A DNA stretch of 64,000 bases from Candidatus Poribacteria bacterium (GTDB lineage: Bacteria; Poribacteria; WGA-4E; WGA-3G). The stretch lies in contig OZ242029.1 of NCBI GenBank assembly GCA_965205015.1, positions 5,536,001-5,600,000 of the forward strand, read 5' to 3'. Under the pieces are notes generated by a model, which was given only the letters and a program-made list of their open reading frames with translations, was not told the origin of the DNA and did not search any database. This document shows positions 8,945 to 17,173 of the stretch, in pieces. The position numbers and the translations under genes are program-made. Positions within the stretch are counted from its first letter, which is position 1; every line of letters starts with the position of its first letter.

Positions 8945-9289
8945 ATGCGTCAGTTAAACGTGAGCCTGCTATTCGTTTGCTTGGCAGCACTGCTGTTTGT
9001 GTTCGCGTGCGCAGACACAGCAAAGAAAGAGGCAGAAGAGGCAGCACCCGCGCAAACAGCAGCACCAGCCATTGAAGAAGTAACGCTGGCTGTGACCGGT
9101 ATGACATGAGGCGCGTGTACCAGCAAAGTGCAGGATGCACTCACAAAGCTTACCGGTGTGACTGAGGTCGTCAGTGTTTCTATGGAAGAAAATAAGGCTG
9201 TGGTGAAAATTGAGAAGGACAAGGTTGAGAAAGACGCGCTCGTGAAAGCGGTTACAGACGTAGGTTTCAGCGCGCAAGTCGCTAACTAA
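8945..9289 (+). CDS. HMA-domain lipoprotein 2, putative selenoprotein (UGA 9107-9109, GMT-U-GAC)
   Basis: AAGGGG RBS, lipobox VFAC; readthrough gives VTLAVTGMT-U-GACTSKVQDALTKLTGVTEVVSVSMEENKAVVKIEKDKV..DALVKAVTDVGFSAQVAN, ending TAA at 9287-9289. Confidence 0.92.
9127..9141 (+). promoter_or_regulatory. Putative SECIS hairpin of HMA gene 2
   Basis: AGTGCA-GGA-TGCACT perfect 6-bp stem; loop 23 nt after UGA. Confidence 0.7.
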
Positions 9290-9324
9290 TTTTAATTTTA
9301 CCTTAGCTTAAAACCCTATTAGAG

Positions 9325-9357
9325 AAAAAAAATGCGAGGTTGTACCTCGCATTTTTT
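9325..9357. terminator. Bidirectional intrinsic terminator
   Basis: A-tract ATGCGAGG-TTGTA-CCTCGCAT T-tract between convergent genes. Confidence 0.8.
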
Positions 9358-9387
9358 GTTTTCTCCAGAAATTATCCGATGTCTCAA

Positions 9388-10251
9388 CTACTGTCCCTTA
9401 TTCGCATAAAGCGGATCATCCAGCAGGGACTGCACCTCGTAGATGGAGCCTTTCAACTCTGCGTAGGGTTCCGGCATACGCACAGGTGCAGCGACCATCC
9501 GTGGCTGATTCGTCGGCTCGCCACGGATAATCGTGTCGTTGAAAGTCTCCCAATCCGGAATGCCCTTCAGGGGCCACGCATCTACAGCACAGTATTGGGC
9601 AAGCATCAAGCGGCGCGGTTTGTCTGAGGTATTCGGGGCAGAGCCGTGCAGTGCCCGAACGTGATGGATCGTGATACCACCCGCCTTCAACTCAACAGGT
9701 TCAGCACCTTCCGGTGTGAAATCGGGGTCAGTAACCGCACCGATAAAAGCACCGTCCTGGTGATGGTCTAACGTCGGTCCCTTGTGGGAACCGGGAAGTA
9801 TCATCAACGCCCCGTTCTCTACAGTCATATCGTCAATCACGACCCCGACTGCAAGCAGATCGTCGTTGGTGTGCGGATAGAACGCCCAGTCCTGATGCCA
9901 TTCAACCGGACTTCCGAACTCCGGATACTTCATGTTCAATTTATGTCCATTATACCGAACCCCCGGTCCGATGAGTTGCTCCACAATATCCAAAATATTG
10001 GGGTGCCGTAAGGCGTAATCGTAAACGACGTGGTGTAGCCCCGGATTCTTGATACGCCGCACGCGCGGGTTCGCCGGCGTATGCCCCGGTTCCAAGTCGA
10101 AGATGTCGGTATGTTCGGTGACTTCTCTCGATTTTTCGACGAATTCATCGGTGACGCGTTGGAGATCGGCGACCTCTTCTGCTGTCAACACCGCTTCAAC
10201 GCCGAGGTAACCCTTCTCGTCGTAAAAATCACGTTGTTCTTGTGTGAGCAT
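9388..10251 (-). CDS. PhyH family dioxygenase
   Basis: KLNMK, WHQD, ENGAL..LPGSH, HGSAPN. Confidence 0.92.
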   Translation of the reverse strand: MLTQEQRDFYDEKGYLGVEAVLTAEEVADLQRVTDEFVEKSREVTEHTDIFDLEPGHTPANPRVRRIKNPGLHHVVYDYALRHPNILDIVEQLIGPGVRYNGHKLNMKYPEFGSPVEWHQDWAFYPHTNDDLLAVGVVIDDMTVENGALMILPGSHKGPTLDHHQDGAFIGAVTDPDFTPEGAEPVELKAGGITIHHVRALHGSAPNTSDKPRRLMLAQYCAVDAWPLKGIPDWETFNDTIIRGEPTNQPRMVAAPVRMPEPYAELKGSIYEVQSLLDDPLYANKGQ

Positions 10252-10308
10252 TATCCTGCTCCTCCTAAGGAAGTGATATTGTTATTATACGTCAAAACGA
10301 TAAAAATT

Positions 10309-11475
10309 TCAACCCTTAATTAACAATTTCTCATAAACATTTTGTACCTTCCGGACATGCATTTCAACGCCGAACGCTGCTTCAGCATATTTTCTTGCCT
10401 GTTGCCCCATACGTACGCTTCGGGTCGGATTCTTGACGAGTTCAACAATTTTATCTGCAATTCCGTCTATGGGGTCTAACGGCACAATGTATCCTGTTTT
10501 ACCGTGAACAATCATTTCAGGCAGGCTCGGAGACTGCCATTCCAGTTGCAGATCTACAACGTATCCTGTTTCACCGTGGACAATCATTTCAGCAGTACTG
10601 CCAACCGGGGTTCCGATGACAGGCTTACCTGCCGCCATCGCCTCGGCGATGACACTCCCCGCTGAAAGGGTTACGAGTAGATCGAGCTCTTGCATCGCCT
10701 TGGGCATATCGGTGCGGTGCCCTGTGAAGCGAACACGTTCCTGTAACCCATATTTGGCTATCAATTGACGGACCTCTTGTTCATAGGTTCGATGCTCCGG
10801 TGTCCCCAGCGTGCCCCCGATAATACGAAACCTAACCCCCTTGCACTGTGCCGCGACCTTGGCGGCTATCTCAACGAACGCTTTCTGACGTTTGAAGGGT
10901 TCAATCCTACCGACAATACCGACGACATATTCCGCCGAGTGAACGGGATCAGAAACGGGTTGAAAAGCCGATACGTCAACACAATTATGGACGACCTCAA
11001 TTTTTTGGGGGGCAATCCCTGCTTGAATCAGTGGAACACTGCTCTGCTCCGAGATAGCGATGATACTGTCCATCCGGGCGAATTTGTATTTTCGGACTTG
11101 GGTCAGCGTAAGGAGATTCCGCACATGCGAAACGACAGGAATTTTCAACTGTTTTCTAACCGACCATAGATACGGGTTGAACCACGAGTCGGACGTATGG
11201 ATTAGGCATGTGTTGTGCGTTTCGGCAAGTGAAACTAACTTTCTGACGGCACTGTACCTCGCTACCCATGATTTCGCCTTTCGCCACGGCGGAAGATCGA
11301 GAATCACCGTCGGAATATCTATCCCCCTTAAGTGTTCAGCGAAAACACCATCATCAGGGCAAACAACAAGCGGACGATAGCGCGTTCGATCCATATTTTC
11401 GACGAGATAAGCAAGTTGCTTCTCACCGCCACCGATGCTCGAACCACAATGGCTGAGGTAAAGTATCGAAATCAT
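10309..11475 (-). CDS. Glycosyltransferase family 4
   Basis: GGGE, VGRIEPFKRQ, EAMAAGKPVI; contains an internal 24-aa-period duplication. Confidence 0.9.
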   Translation of the reverse strand: MISILYLSHCGSSIGGGEKQLAYLVENMDRTRYRPLVVCPDDGVFAEHLRGIDIPTVILDLPPWRKAKSWVARYSAVRKLVSLAETHNTCLIHTSDSWFNPYLWSVRKQLKIPVVSHVRNLLTLTQVRKYKFARMDSIIAISEQSSVPLIQAGIAPQKIEVVHNCVDVSAFQPVSDPVHSAEYVVGIVGRIEPFKRQKAFVEIAAKVAAQCKGVRFRIIGGTLGTPEHRTYEQEVRQLIAKYGLQERVRFTGHRTDMPKAMQELDLLVTLSAGSVIAEAMAAGKPVIGTPVGSTAEMIVHGETGYVVDLQLEWQSPSLPEMIVHGKTGYIVPLDPIDGIADKIVELVKNPTRSVRMGQQARKYAEAAFGVEMHVRKVQNVYEKLLIKG

Positions 11476-11487
11476 CCCTTCAAAGGT

Positions 11488-12063
11488 TCATACGTCAAAT
11501 TTGACGCGTCTATAAATAGCATGCAAGGGCAGTTCACAATGGATTGAAACAAGTGGCAATACCTGTTCTAACAAACAAAATTCGGTCTCTATCCACTGGA
11601 GTCCTTGGCGAAGATAGTGCTCAACACACACCCTGTCTTGTGAGATAAGGAGATACTCTTGCAAGGACGTAAGTTGCTTATAACGCTCAAATTTTTCATT
11701 TCTGTCATACGCTGCGGTGGAAGGAGAAAGCACCTCCACAACGACAGTCGGATTGAGTAATGTGTCGAACTCGTCATCTTCAAAGCGCGGTTCATCACAC
11801 ACAACGACAACATCTGGGTAAATGTAAGATGCTGGTTGGTGAGTCCGGACCCGCATGTCGCTGGCATAAACCTCACATTCCTGATTTATTAATTGATTGT
11901 AAAACTGGTTCGCCGTATTCATCGTGATAAGATTATGCGAGCGACTTGCTCCAGGCATTGCGATCCTCTTTCCACTCAAGTATTCACTTTTCGTAGCTGC
12001 CTTGCGTTCCAAAATGAGGTATTGTTCAGGTGTCAGGCGAGTCTGGACTGCGACAGATGACAT
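11488..12063 (-). CDS. Uma2 family endonuclease-like protein
   Basis: SEYLSG, H, YPDVVV, VEVLSPST...DR.EK. Confidence 0.9.
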   Translation of the reverse strand: MSSVAVQTRLTPEQYLILERKAATKSEYLSGKRIAMPGASRSHNLITMNTANQFYNQLINQECEVYASDMRVRTHQPASYIYPDVVVVCDEPRFEDDEFDTLLNPTVVVEVLSPSTAAYDRNEKFERYKQLTSLQEYLLISQDRVCVEHYLRQGLQWIETEFCLLEQVLPLVSIHCELPLHAIYRRVKFDV

Positions 12064-12136
12064 GATGCTCTCCGTGAATTTGTCTTTGCTTTAAGCACAA
12101 CTGAAAACCAAACTTATGAAAAGAACGCTGTAAACG

Positions 12137-13132
12137 CTACACAGGAAAATCAAGGTGCTGATCCCGGAAAACCTGACTCACCGATCGGTGTTGATGGACT
12201 CTCAGTATGGCTTGGGAGAGGAGGGGTGCGATAGAAAGCACTTTAACCTTCCCATCAAGTTGCTTTTCAGCAGGAACAGGAATCGTATTGGTGGTAACCA
12301 CTTCGCGAATTGCGGGATGACTGAGCCGTTCCAACGCTGGACCCACCAATATAGGGTGTGCGATACACACATAAGCGGGTTCCGCCCCCGCCTCTGCCAA
12401 GGCGATGGCTTGTTGACGAATCGTTCCCCCTGTTTGTATTTCATCGTCGGTAATAATTGGGGTTTTGCCTTTGACATCTCCAACAAGCTCGACGAACTTA
12501 ACGCCCTGTCCATCAATGCCGGTTCGCCGCTTGTGCATGATGGCTAACGGGAGTCCAAGAATATCCGCATATTTTTCTGCTAATTTGGCGCGACCTGCAT
12601 CAGGGGCAACAATTACACCATTTTCAACCTGCTTCTCGCGGAAGTAATTCGTCAAGGTCGTTAGGGCAGTCAAGTGATCCATAGGGATATCAAAGAAGCC
12701 CTGTATCTGCGGTACGTGTAGATCGATAGCCATGACGCGACTCGCCCCAGCGGTGGTCAAGAGATTCGCCACGAGTTTTGCACTGATCGGTTCGCGCCCT
12801 GTCGTTTTGTGATCTTGGCGTGAGTATCCAAAGTATGGAATAATCGCGGTAATCTGCCGGGCTGATGCGCGTTTCATGGCATCGATCGTGATGAGCAGTT
12901 CCATCAGATTTTCGTTGGCAGGTTGACTCGTTGGCTGCACAACATAAATATCGGTGCCTCGGATACTTTCCTCAATCTGAACGCGAGTCTCCAGGTTGGG
13001 AAACGGCTCAATTGTAATTTTACCGAGCTCAACACCTAACATCGCAGCGATATCTTTTGCCAACGCCGGGTTCGCGCTGCCAGCGAATAGCCTGAAATCG
13101 TCGTTAACTTGCTGATCAATCAGTGGGGACAT
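12137..13132 (-). CDS. prs: Ribose-phosphate pyrophosphokinase
   Basis: FAGSANP.LA, PYFGYSRQD, DLH..QIQGFF, APDAG, DDEIQTGGT. Confidence 0.95.
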   Translation of the reverse strand: MSPLIDQQVNDDFRLFAGSANPALAKDIAAMLGVELGKITIEPFPNLETRVQIEESIRGTDIYVVQPTSQPANENLMELLITIDAMKRASARQITAIIPYFGYSRQDHKTTGREPISAKLVANLLTTAGASRVMAIDLHVPQIQGFFDIPMDHLTALTTLTNYFREKQVENGVIVAPDAGRAKLAEKYADILGLPLAIMHKRRTGIDGQGVKFVELVGDVKGKTPIITDDEIQTGGTIRQQAIALAEAGAEPAYVCIAHPILVGPALERLSHPAIREVVTTNTIPVPAEKQLDGKVKVLSIAPLLSQAILRVHQHRSVSQVFRDQHLDFPV

Positions 13133-13230
13133 GCCAAAACCTCCTTATACCCAATTATTTTATTTTTCACATATTGCTCCGCTCGAGCATAAACCGTAAA
13201 TCCTCTACATTTTGTCAGGTTGTGTGTATC

Positions 13231-13548
13231 CTATGTAAAGATACCCATCAAGATCCACCCGATCATGAAGCCAACCGGAACAACACAACCGATTATAGAC
13301 TGCCGTATTTGAATTTTTCGACTCTTCGCTTTGTAACTATCCGTATACAAAGCCGCGTGTTCAGGTGATTCCCCAAGGAGCCGTGAGGCAGGTGGGGTAG
13401 GTTCATAGATAGATGCGATAATAATACCGAGTATGTTCCCCAAAAAACCGATGAAAAACCATGTCACCTTTTTGGCATCGGATTCCGCATCTCGTTCAGC
13501 CGTTAGATAGGCTTGTGCTGTGGTGGGTTGTAGTTGTTGGTCATTCAT
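13231..13548 (-). CDS. Hypothetical membrane protein (2 TM)
   Basis: 105 aa, two hydrophobic segments, GGAGG RBS. Confidence 0.7.
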   Translation of the reverse strand: MNDQQLQPTTAQAYLTAERDAESDAKKVTWFFIGFLGNILGIIIASIYEPTPPASRLLGESPEHAALYTDSYKAKSRKIQIRQSIIGCVVPVGFMIGWILMGIFT

Positions 13549-13581
13549 TGAGAGCCTCCGCTTTACAATGTGTGAACGCTA

Positions 13582-15204
13582 CTATGGCACTAAGGATTCA
13601 CCTGTCATTTCAGAGGGTTGTGCCAATCCGAGGAGGTGGAGCGTTGTTGGTGCAATGTCGGCAAGCCGCCCGCCTTCACGGAGTTGCTGTCCTTTGCGTT
13701 GATTATCAACAACGATGAGGTCTACGTCGTATGTAGTATGTGCGGTATGAATACCACCGGTCTCTGGATCAACCATCTGCTCACAATTCCCGTGGTCGGC
13801 GGTGACGATGAGCGCACCGTCCTTTTTAAGCACGGCATCAACGATTTTTCCGACCCCTATATCAACTGCTTCAACCGCTTTGATAGCAGCCGAAAGTGAG
13901 CCTGTATGCCCAACCATGTCGCCGTTGGCGTAGTTGAGGACCATCAAATCATACGTATCGGCAGCGATTCGACGCAACATCTCCGTCGTCACCCCCGGTG
14001 CGGACATCTCCGGTTTTTGATCGTAGGTCGTCACATCGCGTGGAGAAGCGATGATTTGACGATCTTCGCCTGTATACGGTTCATCTCGGTAATCGTTGAA
14101 AAAGAAGGTAACGTGTGGAAATTTCTCAGTCTCTGCACATCGGAACTGTGTGAGTCCCATCTCGCTGACGTAAGCACCGAGTGTGTTCCGCATTTTGGGA
14201 GGCTTTTTGACAGCCGCTTCAACCGGCATCCCCCGCTCATACTCGGTCATTGTGACAAATTTAACGTCAGGTTTGTGATTCCGTTTAAAGCCCATTTGTC
14301 GTGTAACACCGTCTTTTCCTTCTGCCTGAAATGGGAATTCATCCAGACAAAAGGCTTTCGTAAGTTCTCGAGGGCGGTCCCCCCGGAAGTTATAGAAAAC
14401 GACAGCATCGCCGTTAATGATACGCGGAAGCGGTTTACCGTCGCTCCCTACAACGACCGACGGACGGACGAATTCATCGCCTTTACGGTTGGTGTCATCA
14501 GGAGTGTTGTAATAGTCACGATAGGCATCTGTAGCGGCAGCGACGCGGTTGTCACACCCCTCAGTTAAAAGGCGATACGCCACCTCAACCCGTTCCCACC
14601 GATCATCTCGATCCATTGCGTAATAGCGCCCGATAACCGAGGCTATTTGTCCAATACCTATCTCTTTCAATTTCGCTTCAATCTGCTCACAGAATTGGAT
14701 ACCGAGGTCGGGCTGACAGTCGCGCCCGTCACTGAAATTGTGAATTAAAACTTGGTTAGATTCGAGTCCGTTTGTCTTGGCGAGCGTGAGCAGTCCATAG
14801 AGGTGTTCAAGTGAACTGTGAACGCCGGCATCGCTTGCTAACCCTATGAGATGGAGATGTGTTCCGTGCTTTTTGGCATGGGCGATTGCGTCCAAAAGCA
14901 CTTGATTCTGAGCAAACTCGCCGGAGCGGATCATGGTGCTGATACGGAGGAGTTCTTGGTTCACGATGCGTCCTGCCCCGATGTTCTGATGTCCGACTTC
15001 ACTGTTGCCGATGACACCCGCGGGTAAACCGACATTTTCGCCGGAGGTATGGATTTGGACGTTCGGATAGTTCTGGTGCAGCCAGTCATCTACGGGTGTT
15101 TTTGCGAGATGAACGGCGTTCGCGTGCTGAAATTCGGGATACGGATTATTGCCCCAGCCGTCTCGAATGATGAGAACGACGGGGCGTTTCTGCTGGGATG
15201 TCAT
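13582..15204 (-). CDS. gpmI: 2,3-bisphosphoglycerate-independent phosphoglycerate mutase
   Basis: DGWG, GNSEVGH, GRYYAMDRD, NFRGDR, AETEK, DMVGHTG, TADHGN. Confidence 0.97.
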   Translation of the reverse strand: MTSQQKRPVVLIIRDGWGNNPYPEFQHANAVHLAKTPVDDWLHQNYPNVQIHTSGENVGLPAGVIGNSEVGHQNIGAGRIVNQELLRISTMIRSGEFAQNQVLLDAIAHAKKHGTHLHLIGLASDAGVHSSLEHLYGLLTLAKTNGLESNQVLIHNFSDGRDCQPDLGIQFCEQIEAKLKEIGIGQIASVIGRYYAMDRDDRWERVEVAYRLLTEGCDNRVAAATDAYRDYYNTPDDTNRKGDEFVRPSVVVGSDGKPLPRIINGDAVVFYNFRGDRPRELTKAFCLDEFPFQAEGKDGVTRQMGFKRNHKPDVKFVTMTEYERGMPVEAAVKKPPKMRNTLGAYVSEMGLTQFRCAETEKFPHVTFFFNDYRDEPYTGEDRQIIASPRDVTTYDQKPEMSAPGVTTEMLRRIAADTYDLMVLNYANGDMVGHTGSLSAAIKAVEAVDIGVGKIVDAVLKKDGALIVTADHGNCEQMVDPETGGIHTAHTTYDVDLIVVDNQRKGQQLREGGRLADIAPTTLHLLGLAQPSEMTGESLVP

Positions 15205-15264
15205 GTAAATTCCTTCTTAATTGCCAATAGATGTGAAATTCCGTTTTAATCATGCTATACTGTT

Positions 15265-15843
15265 TTATGAGGCGTTGAACATGACGCGTCTGTAGATGGC
15301 ACGCAAGGGCAGCGTGCATTCAATTGAAGCAAGTGGTAGCATATCTTCAAGATGTTCAAAGGTATTGTGGATCCATTGGGAACCTTGGCGACGGTAGTGT
15401 TCAACACGCACGTTGTTCTGTGAAACGAGGATATATTCTTGCAAAGATGCGATCTGCTTATAATGTTCAAATTTTTCACCGCGGTCAAACGCTGCGGTTG
15501 AGGGAGACAGCACTTCTATGACAAGCATCGGATTGAGGAGCGTATCAAAGGTGTTATCCTCAAAACGGGGTTCACCACAAACAACAATAACATCCGGATA
15601 GAAGTAGGATATCTCCGGGCTCGTCCGCACACGCATCTCGCTGGCGAAGACTTCACACTCACTATTCATTAATTGGTTGCCCAGTTGGATTGTTATGTCT
15701 ACCGTAATGCGGTTATGCGAGCGACTTGCCCCAGACATCGCGATTATCTGTCCATTGTAGTATTCGTTTTTAAAGGGCTGCTTGCGTTCCCAAGCGAGGT
15801 ATTCCTCGGAAGTTAGATGTGTTTGTGCAGTAAGTGTTGACAT
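15265..15843 (-). CDS. Uma2 family endonuclease-like protein
   Basis: Close paralog of 11488..12063; YPDVIV, IEVLSPST. Confidence 0.9.
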   Translation of the reverse strand: MSTLTAQTHLTSEEYLAWERKQPFKNEYYNGQIIAMSGASRSHNRITVDITIQLGNQLMNSECEVFASEMRVRTSPEISYFYPDVIVVCGEPRFEDNTFDTLLNPMLVIEVLSPSTAAFDRGEKFEHYKQIASLQEYILVSQNNVRVEHYRRQGSQWIHNTFEHLEDMLPLASIECTLPLRAIYRRVMFNAS

Positions 15844-15907
15844 GCGTGTCTCCGTAAATCTACCTTTTTGTCAAATTATTTTAACAAATTTTTAAGGAAA
15901 AATCAAG

Positions 15908-17173
15908 ATGTCATTCAAATCTATCTTCATTTCTGTTTTTTTGGGGACATCCCTGATTGTCGTCGCCCTGATTTTCAATGCGAAACGTCCGATTACGGAA
16001 ACCAGTCAACCCAGTGCCGATTTTGTGCGAGCGACAGGAAAGTGTGCAGCGTGCCACCGCCGCGAGACAGCGGCAATTATTCACCAATTTGAACGCAGTG
16101 AGCACGCAAAAGAGGGTGTCACCTGCTTAGATTGCCACAGAGCCGTCGAAAATCAAGAAACACAAGCACACAAAGGGTTTACTATCGCCAAACATCTGAC
16201 GGCGAAGAATTGCAGTGAATGCCACGCAACGGAGTATACGCAATTTCTCCGAAGTCGGCACGCGGCACCGGCTTGGGCAGCGGTGTCAGGCGCGAGAGAC
16301 TTCACTGCAGAACAGATCGCCTTCGCTGAGAAATACCATAAAGGCGCCGTAAATCGTCCTGCAAATCAACTGGCGGTCACGGAAGGCGAAAGTGCAATTA
16401 ACGTCGGATGTTTGGGATGCCATGATATAGGTAAACCAAACGCTGATGGCTCTATCGGCACTTGTACAGCATGCCATGCCCGTCACTCCAGCTCTATCGC
16501 TTTGGCACGGGAACCGGAAACTTGCGGACAATGCCACATGGGACCAGACCACGCACAAATTGAAATCTATCACGAATCTAAGCACGGGGTGCTTTACAAC
16601 GCCCAGAAAGCGGATATGAATCTCAAAGCACCTCCGAAAACACTCACCACAGCGGATATGTCGGTCCCAACATGTGTGACATGCCACTTAAGCGGTTTAG
16701 ACGGATTGAATGTGACGCACGATACAACCGAAAGACTCTCATATTGGCTATTTGCAGCTGTCTCCGACAAACGCCCGACCTATCAACAGGGACAAGATAC
16801 AATGCAGGAGACCTGTTTAAAGTGCCATGCGCGGTCGCAAGTCGAAAAATTTTATCAGGAAGCTGAAGGTGTTGTCGCGGATACCAACGAAAAAATTAGA
16901 GAAGCGACAGCGTTGATGAAATCTCTTCGTGAAGATGGATTACTGACCGAAACCCCTTTTGATGAACCCATCGAATTCCTCTACTTTGATCTTTGGCACT
17001 ACTATGGTCGAACCGCCAAACACGGTGCATTTATGGGAGGTGCCGACTTTGTTCAATGGCACGGGAATTATGAACTTTTGCTAAAAATGACGGAGTTGAA
17101 AAAAATTGCCGGAGAACTTAGGGAATCGCGATTCGGAGATCGCTCCTACCGAGGGGACAATGAAAAACCGTAA
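15908..17173 (+). CDS. Octaheme cytochrome c, hydroxylamine oxidoreductase (HAO)-like family
   Basis: N-terminal TM/signal; eight CxxCH motifs (CAACH, CLDCH, CSECH, CLGCH, CTACH, CGQCH, CVTCH, CLKCH); CGQCHMGPDH..IEIY.ESKHG HAO-family signature. Confidence 0.85.
   Translation: MSFKSIFISVFLGTSLIVVALIFNAKRPITETSQPSADFVRATGKCAACHRRETAAIIHQFERSEHAKEGVTCLDCHRAVENQETQAHKGFTIAKHLTAKNCSECHATEYTQFLRSRHAAPAWAAVSGARDFTAEQIAFAEKYHKGAVNRPANQLAVTEGESAINVGCLGCHDIGKPNADGSIGTCTACHARHSSSIALAREPETCGQCHMGPDHAQIEIYHESKHGVLYNAQKADMNLKAPPKTLTTADMSVPTCVTCHLSGLDGLNVTHDTTERLSYWLFAAVSDKRPTYQQGQDTMQETCLKCHARSQVEKFYQEAEGVVADTNEKIREATALMKSLREDGLLTETPFDEPIEFLYFDLWHYYGRTAKHGAFMGGADFVQWHGNYELLLKMTELKKIAGELRESRFGDRSYRGDNEKP

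Noticed and set aside
8393-9109. Treating 8393..8599 and 8888..9109 as complete short peptides or pseudogenes
   Set aside because: The HMA fold continues intact in frame after TGA in both copies, with conserved downstream RNA structure and terminators only after the later TAA codons.
8386-9277. Minus-strand ORFs 8386..8733, 8950..9222 and 8969..9277
   Set aside because: Antisense shadows of the HMA genes; no RBS or recognisable domain.
2951-9289. Genome-wide UGA reassignment (code 4 or 25) as the explanation for the in-frame TGAs
   Set aside because: Many ordinary genes here end at TGA at their expected C-termini (e.g. 6533, 10309, 11488, 37004, 59559), Trp is encoded by TGG, and the three internal TGAs all align to Cys positions.
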